A stretch of 58,911 bases of DNA, the filler included, from Jimgerdemannia flammicorona (lineage: Eukaryota), in NCBI GenBank assembly GCA_003990765.1. It is 3 parts of 3 records of this genome, joined end to end, with 100 filler letters (N's around TTAATTAATTAA, not from the genome) between each part and the next. Parts side by side here need not be neighbours in the genome. Positions count along the whole stretch, not along the records: positions 39,346 to 58,911 come from RBNJ01001908.1; 2 more parts are not named here. The stretch is one strand, 5' to 3'. Below are positions 55,901 through 58,911 of this stretch, in pieces. Under the pieces are notes generated by a model, which saw only the letters and a program-made list of their open reading frames with translations, searched no databases and had not been told where the DNA came from. Made by a program: the position numbers and the translations under genes. Numbering within the stretch: the stretch's first letter is position 1; every line of letters begins with the position of its first letter.

Positions 55901-58878
55901 AGTTTGCCCATGATGCCCCATCCTCCAATAAAGAAGAATTTAGTTGCCAATGTCCAGGCCCATCCCCACTTCCCCCAAACCTCCCCCTACCTAACAAACC
56001 CCAGTGATCTAACCATGGGCACCAAACCATCTCCAGCACAGTCCAGACATCCACTCCCCAGTATTCTGCCATTAATATCCAGTCTATCCTGGAGCCCAGC
56101 CCAGCTGCTCAGTGAGTATAAATTTGACAATCATCCCAAAACTGTCTCTCAGAATCAACTAGTAAACTCAACCTCTCCATCTCCAACCACTCATCCAACC
56201 CACCATTCCTGCTCCTCATTCCTCTCCCACCATCAGTCCTGTCTATCCCCTTGTCTCACACTATGTTGAAGTCACCCCCCAGGCAGTCAAACCCAACCTC
56301 ACCCAAGACACTGGCTTCTTTCAAACTTCGAATCCAATCCACCCATTCCCCTCTCTCTGCCAGGCAATAACATGACCCAACTGTCAAAGGGCTCCATCCA
56401 GGCCTCTTCCATACTCCCTACACCAATCAAGACCCCCAATGTCCAATGTCCCCAATGCTCCCCATCCCCTTTCGAACAAGGAGACCTACCCTCCCCATCC
56501 ACACCACAGCCCCCCCCCATTCCTTAGTCCAATCCTGTAAGTCTACCTCTACCTCATAATAGACATCCTGTAGTAAAAAGAGATCTGCCTCCAGTCTCTA
56601 TAGCCATCCAAATATGGACTTCCTCCTAGCTGCTCCCCATAACCCATTCACATTCAAAGAGAATATTCTAGTTGTACTATTCATAATGAATAATGTTTGG
56701 ATTTGAGACCCCAGCCAAGTATTCCATGCTCATCTCATTCCCAGCTAGATCTAAGTGCCATTCTGCTTCCAAGTCCCCCTCCATAACAGCCTGAGCATCC
56801 AATGCCTCCAAGATTTCTTGACATTCCACCCCATCCACCACCTCTATCTCTGACTGGTAGTCCATGCAGACCACTCTCCACTTCTCCAATCTCTTTCTCA
56901 AGCTCTACAAGTAAGCTGCCCAATCATTCACAATCCCTCTAAGTTCTTCCTCCCTCTGATCATCAACCTGGTATTCAACTGATTCCAAGAGGACTGCTAG
57001 GATCTCATTCCTCACCTTTCATGGCACCTCCTCACCATGAAGGATTTCCTCCCAATATCTCTCTTCCATCACCCAGAAGTCCTCTCCCCCCAGCTCCTCT
57101 GCTGCCACCCCTTCCAGAGTCTTCCACAGCCACTTCTTCTCATCCACTGCCTCTGCCATACCTTGGGCAACCTGATCACCTCCCATCTCTGGGTCCACCA
57201 AAGTACTCCTCCTTACCAACTCATCTCACTTCTCATTCAGTATATCCAGCAACTCCTCCTCACCCCCTACCCCACTCAGGATACTATACTGAGGGTGAAC
57301 TCCTTTGCTCATTTCCACATCTGCCTCTACATTGCCCTCTCTCTCCTCCCTTGGTCTATCCTGGGCCCCACCTTGGGCCATCCCACATTCCCCTGCCCAG
57401 GCACTTGCACACAATCCTGCTCTCCCATCTCCTTTGCTGCTGCCAGCCCCACCACTGCCCAACTTCACCAGCAGCTCTTTCTGGATTCTCTTTCCCTGCA
57501 TCTTCTCCCAGGTCCCTCAATCCATCCTGATCCTCTTCCTATCGACTACTTCCACCACTATCTTGGCTTCATACTTCTTCTAAGCCAATCTCCTCCTCTT
57601 GACTGCACCTGCCAGATCCTCTAGAGCCTCAAGCAAACCTCCTCCTCTTCCTGGGTCCCCTTCAACTGCATGACCTTACACTCCACTGATCCCCACTTCA
57701 GGGTTGCTGGCCAATCCCTCGCCTTCCCTGTGTTCTTCTTTCCAGCCAGCCTCACCCAAATGTTGACATCTCCAGTCCAGAGCTCTGTACCCTTCCAGAC
57801 CTTGAACCTAATGTCCACAATCTTACCATACTCCTTGACTGCCTCCACAATCAGCTCCCTGGCCCTCTCCCTCAACACCATAGGAAGATCCAGTACCATC
57901 AACTGCACCACTCGGAGGTCCCAGCACATGCATCTGGCCATGGGGACCACAACCCCACCCACTGTCACCCCCTTCTCCATGGTAGCCAGCAATGTTTCCT
58001 CATCCTCGAACCCCATCTTGACCCCTTCTTTTCCCTTCAAAAACTTCACTGATGCTGCTCCTTTCACCTCCTGTACCACCAGTCTCAAGATCATCCTCAC
58101 AGTTACTGCCAAGCCTCTGAAGCACATTGTGATGGCGAATTCTGACCTTGATTTCTTGAGTAACAGTGCCAACACCATACCCATCACCCCATCTGCCAGG
58201 TCCCCAGGCCTCGTGCCCACCCCTTGTCCTGAACCATCAACTGCCATCATATCTGGATTTTATTCCAGATCCCCAGTCACAGCCCCATTAGTAGTCACAT
58301 CTCTAGCCCCTACTCCCCCCCCTCCCCTACCACTGGACACTCCCCTGGGCACTCCTCCCAGTCCCCCAGCAGCAGCCATCAATGCCTTCCCCAGGCCCAG
58401 CCAATCATCCAGACCAGAGGCCATTCTCCCCATCTTAACCTTGTCAGCAAAGGTTGACCTCTCCCCTCCCTGCTACCTCAGGCCACCCCTCCCTCCACCA
58501 CCAGTGTCTTGGCCAGCCATTGAGGCCCCCAGCATACCTAAACCATCTCCTCTCCTCTCCACCTGCTGCCAGCCAAAGGCCCCACTGCCCCCCTGGTCAG
58601 TATACTCACTAGTGCGATCATTGCCATCCATGTATATAGTTATCAATCACCAAAAACATTGTAAAAAGGTGTTGTCTGAGTCTTGTGTCACCTGAATGGT
58701 ACTGGTGAAAGATGTCTACAATTATCATTTAGCTACCCTCCTTTAAAACAAAGTAAGCCATCACCACTAACCAGCTACCAAACTCTGCCTAGAACTCCTT
58801 CCAGAATTCCCAGAGCAACCTATCCTCTTTAGGCAATGAACCAGTCTGTGTCTTCCTTAATACCTCCACTACTTCATC

Positions 58879-58880
<2 letters not shown>
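52113..58880 (-). mobile_element. Family-X LINE RT fragment (52113-52920 and 58728-58880) split by LINE Y2
   Basis: Colinear with ~40742-41720. Confidence 0.8.
52921..58727 (-). mobile_element. Full-length L1/Tx1-like LINE, family Y, copy 2
   Basis: Poly(A) at 52921-52954; TSD TT(C/T)AGCTACCCTCC(TTT); colinear with Y1; ORF2 ~52989-56684, ORF1 ~56668-58627. Target CTTT/AAAA resembles the L1 endonuclease consensus. Confidence 0.93.

Positions 58881-58882
<2 letters not shown>

Positions 58883-58911
<29 letters not shown>
58883..58911 (-). repeat. Poly(T), probably the poly(A) tail of another nested LINE beyond the window
   Basis: T-run interrupting the X fragment, like the other LINE tails. 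Confidence 0.6.

Noticed and set aside
57670..58695. 341-aa plus-strand ORF
   Set aside because: Antisense shadow of LINE ORF1 in C-rich, stop-poor sequence, and broken in copy Y1.

Overview
Eukaryotic, probably fungal, transposon nest with no intact host gene. The lineage is an inference from the element types. Two artificial 100-bp scaffold gaps (N44-TTAATTAATTAA-N44) lie at 19576 and 39246. Contents: (i) three Ty3/Gypsy LTR retrotransposons from two families: A (1-6162, +, 5' part outside the window), B (26555-38700, +, same family as A) and C (9808-18690, -). All three carry a dUTPase upstream of RT and unusually long LTRs (1.6-2.4 kb). (ii) Very AT-rich Ty1/Copia relics. (iii) A ~6 kb satellite structure with inverted termini that encloses a pseudogene. 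(iv) Two hAT-like DNA-transposon ends. (v) A ~20 kb stack of nested L1/Tx1-like LINEs, plus a solo LTR with a perfect TSD. All elements are degraded by C>T/G>A transitions. Main discovery: every Gypsy LTR (5 copies, 2 divergent families) holds a ~285-330-codon ORF in U3. The two families' ORFs are colinear homologues, so this looks like a conserved LTR-encoded accessory gene, and a probable third relative lies inside the satellite block. The A/B family also has a G_GGA_AAC plus stem-loop -1 frameshift signal placed after Gag-PR-dUTPase and just before RT. All alignments were done by eye.
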